From assembly GCA_964016885.1 (NCBI GenBank), contig OZ024743.1:161448001-161512000 (forward strand): a DNA stretch of 64,000 nt, read 5' to 3'. The stretch comes from Eledone cirrhosa (taxonomy: Eukaryota). The translations under genes were made by a program, and so were the position numbers. Positions 1 through 13,943 of this stretch are shown piece by piece. The notes under the pieces are model-generated. The model saw only the letters and a list, made by a program, of their open reading frames with translations. It ran no database searches and was not told where the DNA came from. Within the stretch, counting starts at the first letter, position 1, and every line of letters begins with the position of its first letter.

Positions 1-879
1 AAATATTGCATGATTTCATCTGTGAGAGCTGAATTTCTAAAATCTGATGAAACTACTTTTAGCTAAAACCTTACAGTTCATAATAGACTTTGCATTTCAT
101 GACATTTTGTTTAGTAAAGGAAAAGGGGAGGCTGGATGTCTTCATCATGACACTTGCTCTAAAGCAATTCTTTTCACAAAACAGTATAGGAGGTATCTTT
201 TCCTCCTACATTTTCATCATTATCACCAGTAGCATCACCACAAACTATTGAGGATTTTAATTTTTTCAGATTGTAAATTAAAAAGTCAACCTACATTACA
301 GTAACATGGAATTAATTATTTCAATGTACGTTATCTGAAAGAAAAAATTTCATCATAGTATGTGTATGTGTGTATAGTGAAGGGACTGCATGTTTTTTTG
401 TCAATAACATTTCTCTTCTTCTCAATCAACATTCCTGGAACTGCAGTTATGACAAAGGCACTATGAATAAGGCTTTCTTCTTTCAATTTCATCTGACATA
501 GCTTTGTAGCTTTATTCATTATCATCATCACCATCATCCTTATTATCATTATCATTATCATCATCATTATTATCATCATCATCATCAATATTTCTACCTA
601 ACTACTACTGCTGAGAGCAGTCTATATCAAATACATTTTTGCTTTAGTTCTTTACATTTAGCAGAAATTACAAAAAAACTGTTTTCCATGGTAACAGTGT
701 ATCATTTAGATTTAAGAAGCCTTCTATAGTTATAGCAATGAGAAGTTAAGTTGGAGAAAGGATTGTATTGATGATAATTTTTCAATAACATCCTTATAAA
801 AAGTAAAAAATAATTATGTGTGTCTGTGTGTGTATATTTATATATTCTTGTTAGTAAGGAGAACAGCTGTTAAATGATA

Positions 880-2059
880 TCATCATTATCATCATCAGGT
901 TTAGCGTCCGTGTTCCACGCTTGCATGGGTTTGGACGGGGGTTTTCCCACTTGAGGCAAGAGTGGTTGTCTTGCTCGCATAGGACTGTCTGGCCGGATTT
1001 CTACAGTTGGATGCCCTTCCTAACACCAACCACATTTACAGTGTGGGGCTGGGAGGTTTTTACCGTGTTGCCTACACGGCCACATTACAGCGTGGACTGT
1101 CTGGCGGGTTTTCTACAGCTGGATGCCCTTCCTAACACCAACCACATTTACAGTGTGGGGCTGGGAGGTTTTTACCGTGTTGCCTACACGGCCACATTTA
1201 CAACGTGGACTGTGTGTTTTTTGTCGTGACACCTACACGATCTCATTTGTTTCGGCCTGGATGTTGTGGGACCAACATAACTTTACATTGAAAGGGGCAG
1301 TGTGGGTGGGGTGGAGGTGGTGGGACGGGGGTGTGTTTTGATAGAGATGCCTACTGACTGTAGTAGGTTTTTACTTTGTATTTAGGTAAGGCGGGTCTTC
1401 TCTATTACTGAGTACCGCCAAAGGTCTCGGTCCAGTGACATTGTCTTGGAGAGGTGTAAGCGTGTGAGGTCGGAATTTATCAGCTCGTCCCATGTTTTTC
1501 TGGGTCTGCCTACTCCGTGGCTACCGTCTATCTTTATTGCCCTGCACTTTGTTATACAGCTGTCGTCTTTCATGCGCATCACGTGACCGTACCAACGTAG
1601 CCTTCTCTCGAGTAAACAACATCTGATCCCTCTTATTTCTAATTTTTTCCTTAGTTTGTTTATGCTTTGCCGTTCACGTATATTACTATTGCACATCCAG
1701 CGGAGCATGCAAGCTTCGTTCCTCTCTAGTCTGCGTATATCCTCTGCACACAATGCCCAGGTCTCACTGCCATGCAGCATTGCTGTTCGTATGCAGGCAT
1801 CGTATAACCTGCCTTTCATTTTTAGGGAGAACCCTCTAGCGGCTAATAGTGGTATAAGCTCTCTGAACTTTTTCCATCCAGTTCTGACTCTAGCTACTGT
1901 ACTTTCAGAGCACCCTCCCCCACTGCTGATTTTGTCACCCAGATAATGGAAGCTGTCCACTATTTCTATAGAACCCTCTGCGCAGTTGAAGGAGCTAGTA
2001 TTTTGTGGGCACTTGCTGCTACTTATTGCACCAGAGCACCGGCCACATGTAAAATCTAT
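880..2059 (-). mobile_element. RTE-clade LINE, young 5'-truncated copy (ORF C-terminus, 3'UTR, (ATG)n tail)
   Basis: ORF 1382-2059 with YLGD...KGRLYDACIRTAMLHGSETW...RLRWYGHVMR...GRPRKTW; near-identical to 46868-48798 and 61200-62795. Confidence 0.92.
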
Positions 2060-2125
2060 ATATATATGTAAAATATATATATATATATATGTAAAATATA
2101 TATATATATATGCATGTGTGTGTGT

Positions 2126-4385
2126 ATCATCATCATCATCATCATTTAATATCCATTTTTCCATGCAAGCATAGGTTAGATGAGTTGTACTGATGTGAGA
2201 CAAGCCAGATCAGATGACCATGTCTTGCTCATACAGAACTGAGTCTGGCTTAAGATGCCCTTCCTCACACCAACCACATTTACAGTGTGTACTGTGTGCT
2301 TCTTTTGGCACCAAAATAACTACTTTGCAGTGTGGGCTGGCTGCTTTTTGTCGTAACACCTACACGACCATGATTCAGTGTAGACTGTGCACTTTTTATT
2401 GAGTCACCAACACAACCACTTTACAGTAGGGAGTGAGGTGGGGGCAGTGCTTTAGAATTGGAAAGGTAGATCTAGGGCGGGTCACTTATTTAGTGAAGAG
2501 TGGGGTGTTAGGATATGAGTGGAGTGTTAGGACGTGGGAGATGTATGGATGGAGGAGGGGAAGAAAGGGGAAAGCGATGCATGCTATATGTATGCTTCAA
2601 CCCGTGCACATGGGAAGACGGGTCATCTATATTACTGCATAATGCCAGGTATCTCAATCCTGTGTCATCACCTTTGAGCGGTGCAATTGTGCAAGTAGGG
2701 CTTTTGTAACCTCATCCTAAGTCTACCTAGGTCTTCCTACTCCAAAGCTTCCATCAACTTTGAATGCCTTTCACCTCTTTATACAGCTGTCATTTTTCAT
2801 ACACATCACATGTCCATACCACTGCAAATATTCTCTCCTGCACACTACATTTGATTCGTCTTATGCCCACTTTCTCTCTCAGTTCATTTATGGTTGCTGT
2901 TCATGTATATTACTATACATCCATTGAAGCATGTAACCATCATTTCTTTCCAATCTTCACAGGTCCACTAAATACAGCACTCAGGCCTCAGTACCATGTA
3001 ACATTGCTGTTCATATACACGCATCATACAGTCTGCCCTTCATTTTGAAGGAAAAACCTTTTGTAGCTAGCAGTGGTAGTAGCTCCCTGAACTTTTTCCA
3101 ACCTGTTCACACTCTGGCTAATATACTTTCGAAACACCCACCTCCACTGCTAATTTGGTCACCCAGGTAACAGAAGATGTCCACTGCTTCTATGGAGCCT
3201 TCCAAGAATTTGATAGCACTTGTTTCTTGTTGGCATTTGCTGCTTACTGCTCCTATGCAATGACCACATGTAAAACCTACATTCTTAGCTACCCTACCTG
3301 AGATCCCACTACATTTCTTGTGTACCCATATTTGCATTTGGGACAGAGGATAGATAGTCTACCTAATTCTTTCCTACACACTGAGCAAGGCCATTTCCCT
3401 GAGTAGATCTTGGCCCTTTGATTCTAACCCATACTTCCAGATTTGCAATTTTTTCTCTAATTTTGCCATAGATTCAGCTATAAGGAGTAGATCATCTGCA
3501 TACAGGAGTTCCCATGGGCAGCCAATATTAAACTACTCTATTATAGCCTAAAGGATGATAATAAACAGGAGAGGGATAAGAACAGAACCCTGGTGGACAC
3601 CTACCTCCATGCTAAATTCTTTGCTATAGTCATTGTTAATCCTAGCTTTGCTTATGGCTCCTCTATATATGGCTTGTACAGCCTTGATAGGCCACTCATC
3701 TATTCCTAGTTTTCTAAGAGCTCACCGCATTATGGCATGGGGAACTCTGTCAAAAGCTTTCTCCAGATCAACAAATGCCAAGTAAAGCGGCTTAATTTTA
3801 ACTAGGTACTTCTTCTGTAGTTCCTTCACAAGGAAGACGGCATCATTGGTATGTTAACCTGGCACAAATCCAAACTGCATCCCATCTAGGTTACCCAGTC
3901 CCTATTCATCTGTGCTATAACTTTTTCTGTGATCTTCATGACCTGGTCCATTAACTTGATGTCTCTATAGTTTTCTCTATCTAGTGCATCTCTCTTGCCC
4001 TTGCAGTAGTTGAAAATTATGCTGCTTGCCAGTCATTTGGTATGATACCATTTAGTATTACTAGTTAGTATTTAGTTTAAAATATGAGTGGTTAAAGTAT
4101 GACCCACCATCCCAGATGCTTCCACCATCTCAATGACCATCCCCAATGGACCGGCTGTTTTCCCCATCTTCATATCTTTAATTACCTTACTTACTATGTT
4201 GTTGCTGACTGTACAGCTGGACCCTCTGTTGGGTCTACTTGAGGTAGACCATCTTGCTCTGTTGCATTCTCCTCATTCAGGAATCTTTCATAATGGCTCT
4301 CCATGCTACTTTCTTTTCAGTGTCTGTGAGAACAAGTGCCCCTTTATAATCTTTGATACACTTCTCTCCAAAGAAATCACAATTT
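2126..4385 (-). mobile_element. Older degenerate RTE LINE
   Basis: Frameshifted RT fragments (FVDLEKAFDRVP-like, GVHQGSVLSP, WELLYADDL; ORF 3107-3337); (ATG)n tail at 2126. Confidence 0.85.
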
Positions 4386-4570
4386 TTCCTGACAGACACA
4401 CACACACATATATAGTTCATTGGTGTGTAATTTTTAGTTACTATTGGTTCACCAGTTCGATTATTTAATGCCAATATGGGTCTAGTTGCCAATGTGGTAT
4501 TCTATGTTTAATATTACACCATACTCAGTATCCGTAATAAGAGTGTTAATAATTTTAATAATAAGGATTA

Positions 4571-4807
4571 AGAATGAAGTATCAATATAGAATCATTATG
4601 TTTATTCACATGTGTTGCACATTTTGTGATCGATCAACTTAAGGTACAGTCAGTATTAATTGCACTTGACTCTTGAATCGATAGCTGATCGGACTTGAAA
4701 ATCCAGAGTCTGGTGTGATCAATACCAATTGTACCTTGAGCTGATTGATCATGAAATTCACATCACATGTGAAAAAATATAATGATGCTCTATTGATACT
4801 TCATTCC
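4571..4807. repeat. Imperfect foldback hairpin (MITE-like)
   Basis: Arms of ~105 bp: gaatgaagtatcaata...gactcttga pairs with tccagagtc...tattgatacttcattc. Confidence 0.75.
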
Positions 4808-7050
4808 TGCCCCCTATTATTGATATTATACATGCACACACACACACTCACACACCTGAGAATGGCTGATTTTTTTAAAAACCATAATTAGTCATTTAGT
4901 TTTCATATTGAGACCCCCAACACACTCTATTTATTTCATGATGAAATTGATTTCTAGTAATGTACTTTTTTTTTGTCATGTATAATGTTTTTTAATGTCT
5001 AAAGAAAATTATTTGTCACAGGAATGCTGCCATTTATAATAAAATTTCACTGATTAGCAAAATTTAATAAATAGGAGAAGTTGGAATGAAAGTGTGTGTG
5101 GGGGGGGGGGGGGGGGGGGTGTGTCTGAAAAATTAATAAGCGAGTGTGGGTGATTATTCGAGACCTATGAGTACTCAGTGCTCTGATAGTCTATTTTTTA
5201 AATATATATATACTAGAAGTTTACCTGGTATTACTCAGGATATAAAGTTCACTGTTGGTGACCAATTTGTTGAATGGGTAAAAGAATATTTCTGCATGAA
5301 TTTATTATTTCAAACAAAGTTTATTTTATTTATAATAGAGTTATACAGTTATTTCCTTTTTGCTTGTTAAAATTTTACTTGTGATTCAATATCTCATTAC
5401 AAAAAGTAATATCACAAATCCATTTATACCATGACATTCCAGATGAAATATTTTCTTAGAAAGCAAAGGGTCAAATCGACTCTTCAATTGTGTCAAAGAC
5501 ATAACCTCCTAGTGCCTGGTGTCACAAAAATGTACTTATGACACTTGTTAAAGATTGTAGGAACATATGTAAGATGTACCCTACCTTCTGTCTATCTCAA
5601 AATCTGTAGTTCTGATTTAGTCAGTCATGACTTGTTCAACATTTTCTAGTAGGGAGAACAATTATTATATGATAATGACATATATCAATGTACAGAGTTG
5701 TTTACTAAGCAGCTTCTAACTTTTATTTTTTCATTTATTTTTTTTCAATATTTTTTCAAATTTCTATAATTTAAAGAGTGGAGATTACGATTCTGCAAAA
5801 AACAAAACTATCTCAATTTTATTTCTTTTTTACAATTCCAGCTACTCCATTCATCCCTTTCCCTAAACCCTAACCATAAACCATGATCCCTAACCCTATA
5901 CCATAACATTTTTTCTTCCTTGAAGAATCATAATCTTCCGTGTTTAAGATATATAAGTTGAAGCGACCAGATAATTTCTTCATACTTGACAAACATACCT
6001 ATGTGATGGTGAGACAAGTGAAAATTGAGAAGAGGAAGGAATTCTATGTCTGTATACATGTGCATATGTGTACATGTACATATGTATACATGTGTATGTA
6101 TGTATGTGCATGTGTACTGTGGAGTTAAAAGAACAAAGAGCAACAGACATAATGGCTTCGTGTGTGTGGGGCGCTACTTTACTGAGCCATTAATTTAAAA
6201 GGTGGTAATTAAAAATGTTCAGCAAAGTTAGCGTAAGTCCTCTTGGCAATGGAATAGAAGGCCCAGCTGTAATTTCAAAGGTGAAAGTGCTTGGCAACTG
6301 TACAATGCATAAGGACATGCCTTGTTTTATCAATGGTCATCTTGCAGTCATTGCTGTGGTAATAAACACCTCCGAGTTGATCATGGTGTCTTCCAGCTTT
6401 TGTAAGCAGTGTTTACTGCTAGTACAGTTACTGCACGGCTATGAATGAACCACTTTGAATTATAAAAACTGTGGGGGCTTTACCATGAGGTCTGTGGGTT
6501 TTATGAGGAATGTGGAGGGATATACTTTGAAGAATGGTTTTAATCAGCTTCTCAGCTATTTTGAAACAATCAATACTGTCAGTCTACAATTTATTTTGTA
6601 TCAGCTGTATTGTAATACAACAAACACACATACAAACAGACCTATTATGAAAAGTATCTATATGTACTTCCTCCTGAGCTAAATTACATTATCCACCTGT
6701 ATCCTATCACACAAAATGTTTATATATACACATTAATTAACCTTTTCATTCAATATCTTGTCTTGTAGTCAGTGTTAAACCATTCACCATAACACCCCCT
6801 TTTCATTTCATGCAATGATACTTTGCACTTCCATTATTTCCTTTCAATTTACATTGTCAATAGAAACTTCTTTCACTGAATTCAACCTCTATTTTCTATA
6901 CAACAGAAAGAAAGCTTAATAATGTAAAGCTATATAATTCTATTGATACTTTCTGGACAGTAAGTAGATGTATCTAACAAAGGCTTACATACACACCCCA
7001 ACAGTCTCTCCCCTGATGCTGCCCCTCTACACTCTAATCTCTCTCTCTTT

Positions 7051-7081
<31 letters not shown>

Positions 7082-7106
7082 GTATATATATAAGGGCATT
7101 AACCCT

Positions 7107-7714
7107 AACATAGCTTTGTATATGAAATACATGAAGTTGTATATCTGGTGATATACAGTATATTTATAAATAAACATTTTGAAAGCCTTCCGCTATGAAT
7201 TTGAAAAAAAGTGTGTTCCAACAGCAGCTAAGTACGAGCAACCAGTGATGATGATGTAATCATTTCTGACTTTGGTCATTATCGAACTGGTACTGCTGAC
7301 CACTTACTGTTGGAACATAATATAAGCTAAAGCATACAGTTTAGAAGTCTATTTACATTGGCTGATCAGCGAAATTTGCATATAGAGTTATGGCTGGCTC
7401 AGCCGGGGATAAAATAGGAGCATTAACATAGCTTTGTATATGAAATATGTGAAGTTGTATATCTGGCGATATATGGTATGTTTATAAACATTTTGAAAGC
7501 CTTCTGCAGTAAGCGGTCGGCAGTACCAGGTTGATAACGACAAAAGTCAGAAATTATGACGTCATCATCACTGGTTGTCCGTACTTAGCTTCTATTGGAA
7601 CACACAAGATGGCGCTATGCTGATAGTTTTCGAATTCATAGCGGAAGACTTTCAAAATGTTTATTTATAAGCATACCATATGTCGCCAGATATACAACTT
7701 CACGTATTTCATAT
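7107..7714. mobile_element. Foldback/MITE-like element with ~190 bp inverted arms and an internal direct repeat
   Basis: 7119-7309 is the reverse complement of ~7507-7714; 7425-7506 directly repeats 7107-7192. Confidence 0.75.
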
Positions 7715-7914
7715 ATATATATATATGTTATCTAATATTTTCCTTCCCTCCCTCCTCCATTTTCCCAATAACTTACCGAGTTATTGAACGCTCTGGGGGT
7801 AGATATATTGTCTTTAAAGCGTTGAAATATCCGAGTCCCCCAGTAGACAACTGATGAGGAAAACCCCCTGTTCTTGCTTTCTTCTTATTCTTATTCTTAA
7901 GCCTACCTTAACTA

Positions 7915-8436
<522 letters not shown>

Positions 8437-10804
8437 GTGTATGAAACTTTGTTTACACTTTATTTCTATATATATGTACATATAATCTGTAGTGTCTTCC
8501 CTTTTTCCCAACATACAGATATATCCAACCATACTGTAGAAATACAGTGAATCTGTCTGTAATCTTCATGCTATCCTTCAGGTTTATTGGGAACACGAAA
8601 AGAAACACAATAACAGGTTATATAAACAGGCTGCATAGCTACCAACCACACTCTAATATACACCATCTTCATACACATATACACCATTTAGTTAAGACAA
8701 AACACAATTACAAATATCCATTGGCAACCTCTTTCATTTAGCATGTCAGTTGATATATGTAATGATTTCTTTCATTCTGAAAGTTTTCAGTAGGCTAAAT
8801 ATGACATAATATTTAGATGCTTCAAAATCTCCTCATTATACCTCATCCTATCAGTGGACATAGGCAGAAACAATCATTCACAACAATGAAATTGTTCTAG
8901 CCATTTTGTAAAATAGGTCAGTACTTAACTAAATTCACATAAGTCATAGCTTATTAGAATATTAATGTTATGAAGTCAGCATAGGATGAAGGACAATGTT
9001 GTGCAGGATCTCAGCAAAGTCAAGTTTTCCACATGTCTGATATCATGACCTTCACTCTATACAGATTTTTCCTGTATTCATCCATCATTATCTGAAACAA
9101 TCTTTTAGAATTTTCTGTTGGAATCATATTCATCTCTCTAACAGTGGATTAAATATTTAAATCTGAGAATTGCCTCTCATATTAAGAGTGTATATTTACA
9201 TTGTTTCAACTGGGTGGTGAATTGGCAGTATCGGTAGAGGGTCAGACACCATGCTTTCTAGCATAGTTATGTCCCTTTATGATCTGAGTTCAAATCCCAC
9301 CGAGATTAACTTTGCCTTTCATCATTACGGGGTCGATAAAATAAAGTACCAGTAATGTACTGGGTAATTGCTGGCCTTGTGCCAAAAAGTAGAAACAATT
9401 ATGTTTCAACTGGATATTAAACCAATTGGAATGCTGTCTAGACATATTGTAAATATACACTTTAAACATGAATTTGATCTCTATAGCAGTGCAGTTGTTT
9501 CGCTTGCTCACACTATTTATGCTTTGCACTTCTTCCATTTCTCTCCAATGGCAAGCTGACTTCAATGGGAAGTTCCATTGAAGTCAGCTTGCCCTTTCAT
9601 GAGAGGGGGACAATAAAATTCAGAGTAATGAACTGACCAAATTAGAACATTAGACAAGAGGCCTTGTAGTATTTGTTTGGGCTCTTGGACTTAATCTATT
9701 AGCAAATGTAATACCACCACCTAGTTTTTAGGTGCCTTTAGTGGAGTTAACTGAGTTACAAGTATTCCAAGTAGGCCTTCAGTTATTTTCTATTCAATTG
9801 TTTTCCATTTCACTCAAAATAAGGTTAGTGCTGAAGAGGTTTCCACCAGAAATTTATTTTTTATTGAGATGCCATCTCTACAAGGTATTTTAAACAACTC
9901 ATAGGGACCATCATATCTTAAATATGAGGTAAGCTATTCTGCGCTGGACACCAACCCAGTACTTTATACTCTGCAGCATTATTCTTATTGTTTTTGTTTA
10001 CACGTTTCCCATGCAGTGTATATGTTATTGTTACTATTGCTGCTGCTATTATTATCTTTTTGTTTTCTTCTACTGTTATTATCATATTGGACACGTCTGA
10101 AATGGTTGAAGACAAGCACTTTCCTCTTTGGTAAAGCCTTGATTAACTTTGTCAGGTTTCACTTTAAGAGGAAAATCAGGGTGGAGAGAGAAATGCTGCC
10201 TTCCAACCAGTTTGTTGAAAGGTGGGTGAAAGAGGTGAGCATGGCCCAAGTGAATGGGTCTGCTCTGAGTATGCACCTGTAGATTGGAGGAAGACAATTT
10301 GGAGAGGGCACTTGCCCTAGTGGTCAGGGTGATGGAGGCTTTTTGTGGGCTTTCTCCATGTGTGACCCTGGGGGATTTATTTTGTTTGAATTTTTACATC
10401 TTTTCCTCGTTTTTGTTAAAAACCTTTTACAATCAGAAACCCTGAACCCTGCATGGCTATTAAAGTAATCATTATCTTATATGTTGTTACTACTGTGGTG
10501 GTTATTGATGTTGTTTTTGTTGTTAATGTTTTCTTTTGTTGTAGAAGTGGTGGTCACTATTGAGTTGTTGTTACTCGACTAATTATCACTACAATTTCTC
10601 TATGTTTTTTATTTTTTTTATGCTGGAGTGGTGGTGATGGTGGAATAATTGTGGTGGCAGTGGTGCTGATAAAGTAGTGGGTGTTGTTGTTTTTGTGTTT
10701 TGTCTGGGTTTAGTTTTGTAGCCATAACATAGGGGTGTTGTTTTTGTTTATGTCTGGGCCAATAAAGAAATTACTATTATTGTTATTATTCAGTCTTGTG
10801 GATC

Positions 10805-11263
10805 AGGGCAGTGGATTGGCAGTATCGTTAGAGCGTCAGACACCACATTTTTCAGCATAGAGTGACGGCCCTTCATGATCTGAGTTCAAATCCCGCCAAG
10901 GTTAACTTTGCCCTTCAACCTTACGGGATCGATAAAATAAAGCACCAGTAATGTACTGGGGTCGATTTAATCGACTCCCCACCCCCCAAATAATTGCTGG
11001 CCTTGTGCCTACTAGAAATCATTATTGTTCAGTCTTGTAGGGTGGTGGATTGGCAGTATCGGTAGAGGGTCAGATGCCATGCTTTGCAGCATAGAGTTAC
11101 GGTCCTTTATGATCTGAGTTCAAATCCCGCCGAGGTTAACTTTGCCTTTCATCCTTACGGGGTTGATAAAATAAAGTACCAGTCACGTACTGAGGTCGAT
11201 TTAATCGACTTTCCCCTCCCCCAAAATTGCTGGCCTTGTGCCTATATAAGAAACCATTATTAT
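10805..11263 (+). mobile_element. Two tandem tRNA-derived SINEs
   Basis: TGGCAGTATCGG A-box-like and GAGTTCAAATCC B box, core aactttgcctttcatccttacggggtcgataaaataaagtaccag, (ATT)n tail; same family at ~9210-9400, 12860-13003, 17955-18298, 18800-18975(-), 31785-31950, 35148-35286, 41400-41602, 42500-42680(-), 58135-58315(-). Confidence 0.85.
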
Positions 11264-11379
11264 TCAGTCTTGTATTTTGTTTGTTCTATGTTGTTGTTGG
11301 TAGTGATTGTGGCCATGTTTGTGATGTCTGTCATGGTGTTAGCGGGATTGGTGGTGGTGGTGTTGGTGGTTGTAGAGTG

Positions 11380-11810
11380 ACTCTCTGATCTCCAAGGTAT
11401 GCACTCTATTGAGTAACGTTACTCCAAAGACCATTTAGAGGAACCTGATTTCGCTCGCTTGTATTTGCGATCATACTCTTTCAGTCACTACCCAAGATTC
11501 ATGACCATAGGTAAGGGTTTGCATTAATAACAAAGGGAAGATAGTGAGTTTGGCTTTTACACCTACCTCCCACATGATTACTGAATGCTGAATATGGCAC
11601 ATTACTGAGCCAGCTCCTGCAATTCTTGCACTTAATTCACCTTCCTGCATTCCATCACTCATGAACATGGCCTCAAAATACTTCAACTTCTTCACCTTGC
11701 CTCAGTGGAACTCTATTCACATGTAGAGTTCCCATGGGCAGCCAGTCTTAAGCTCCTCTGTTATAGCCTGTAGTACAATGATAAACAGGAGAGGGCTAAG
11801 GACAGAGCAC
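11380..11810 (-). mobile_element. Degenerate fragment of a second RTE-like family
   Basis: ORF 11471-11695 KYFEAMFMSDG...LTYGHESWVVTER; related fragments at 29280-29590, 12400-12650 and 52000-52400. Confidence 0.7.
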
Positions 11811-13518
11811 TGATTTTGAAAAACAATCAAGGGAGACAACCTAGAAAATTATCGATTTTCCACCCCCACCTCCTATTTAAAATTGAAGAACAATTATTTT
11901 TGTTTTTGATATTTTTATTACTGGATGTTTTTAGCTTAGTTATTATGTTAGTATTTATAATCCTTATTCACTATCTACATACCTATTACCACCACCGTCA
12001 TCTCTGTCATCAGTCCTCATTGTCATTTTTCATCAGCATCATTATTAATCATGATCATCATCACCATCATTATTATGCTTAGTCATGTTTGTCATCATCA
12101 TTATTCACTATCTTCCTCACTCCCACAATCACTATCATTCCTAATACTCATCTTCATCGTCACCAAAGGAATCTTTGTTTATTTTCATATGTACTGCTTT
12201 AATTACTAAACCACCTCCTCAGTCATATGAACAAAAAAATCTATTTCACTGCAGTTGGAGCTTTTTTTTTTGGGGGGGGGGGGGTAATCTTTAACATCTC
12301 TAAACCATCCTCATTTTTTTTCTTTTTGTCTTCATTGCTGGACTTCAAAATGTAGCACCCAGATTTAGTTGTAATACTCTCTATTTCTTTCTCCCCTACC
12401 TCAACTCAACAACTTCTTCTTCTGAGTGGGTTGTAGTGGCAGAGTCCTGAAACACTCCTTCCAGAGAAGCTTGTCAGAAGCAACTGTTTCCTACTGATTT
12501 GGCTGGATCCCCAAGTGTGACCATCTGAGCTCATGGATGTTATCCAACCATCTGCCTTGGGGGCTACCTGTGGGTTTCTTGCCAGTTAGTTTTGCCTGTA
12601 AAATTGATCCAACAATTCTTTCCTGAAGGCAACAACTTCTTCAGAAAATATATTCCTTTCATATCCAGCTGTATTCTTAACTGCTTTTATGCTTGTTGCC
12701 ATCTGTATAATACCTATTAAGAATATCAGCCAGGTCTGCCCAAGATTACACCATACTTCTTTAATCTCTTTGATAACAAACCACTTGACACCTCAACTTG
12801 TTCTATGATACAAAGCTATTTATCTAAAAACTTTCCATTATTGTGGTAGAGGATCAGACGACAGAGTTACGGCCCTGTATGGTCTGAGTTCAAATCCCGC
12901 CAAGGTTAACTTTGCTTTTCATCCTTGCGGGGTCGATAAAATAAAGCACCAGTAATGCACTGGGATAATTTCTGGCCTTCTGCCAAAAGTAGAAACAATT
13001 ATTGTCTTATGTAAGAACATTTGTTAAGTTATGTTCCAAGCACCAAAAAAAGGCCCCATTCGGTCATGAATGACCATGGGGTTTGCACCTAGAAAGTTCC
13101 CTTCCAAAGCACAAGTCTGGGAAAGATTGTTAATGGAAGGCCAGCAGTTGGCCATGCATTCTACTCACTCCTCTCCATGCCACCGATGTTGTTCAAGGAA
13201 AAGGCAATGACTGATACAGCTTGGCACCAGTGATGTTGCAACTTGTTTCTACAGCTGAGTGAACTGGAGCAACATGAAATAAGGTGTCTTGCTCAAGTCA
13301 CCCAGTCCAAGAATTGAACTCCCAAACTCCCAATTGCAAGCCCAACTCTCTATCCACTAAGCCATGTGCTTTCACTAACTTAATAATGAAAAGGTACTTA
13401 TATTACTAATTCCCTCCAAATTCTTAATTATTTTCAAAATCATTTGAAAATTATAAAGAGCATTCTTCTTAAAAAATATAGTAATGAAAGGGGCTTAAAA
13501 AGAAAGACACATTGAAAA

Positions 13519-13943
13519 CAGGGCAGGATTTAGAGCTTGGAGAGAGGGGCAGTGCACCTCATGTTTGGGGGGCTCATACACAAAAAGTTAGAATACACAG
13601 TAAACCCCCAGTTTTATATATCAAAGTCAGCTTGGCACTGAAAAGTTATGCATACAAGTATTAAATTTAAAAAATATAACCATCCTCATTTTACGTCCAC
13701 TTTCCACTCTGGCATTAGTTGGATGGGTTGTCACAGTCCAAGACCTGACATTTGATGAATTTTGCCACAGTAAAGACATTAAATACTTTTTGTTAAAAAT
13801 AGGATTCTCATTATCAAAGGGATAAAACTAAAAAGCTTGACAGAGGGCACCAATAAATTGCTATAGCCGTTGCTGGTGGTCCTACCCCCACTGCTTGGTG
13901 CCCCGAGCAATTGTTCCCTTTTCCCCTATTAAATCCGTCCCTG
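13519..13943. mobile_element. hAT-like MITE
   Basis: Imperfect TIRs CAGGGCAGGATTTA / TAAATCCGTCCCTG; flanks attgaaaa / aataaaaa look like a decayed 8-bp TSD. Confidence 0.55.

Noticed and set aside
5860-5905. Degenerate CCCTAA telomere-like repeats
   Set aside because: Too short and degenerate; likely part of a repeat remnant.
6215-6600. Short ORFs with possible coding character
   Set aside because: No recognisable domain; the minus strand only weakly resembles a decayed LINE ORF2 linker.
7790-7870. CTGATGAG and GAAA motifs suggesting a hammerhead
   Set aside because: The motifs are in an order incompatible with the hammerhead topology and stem II cannot form convincingly.
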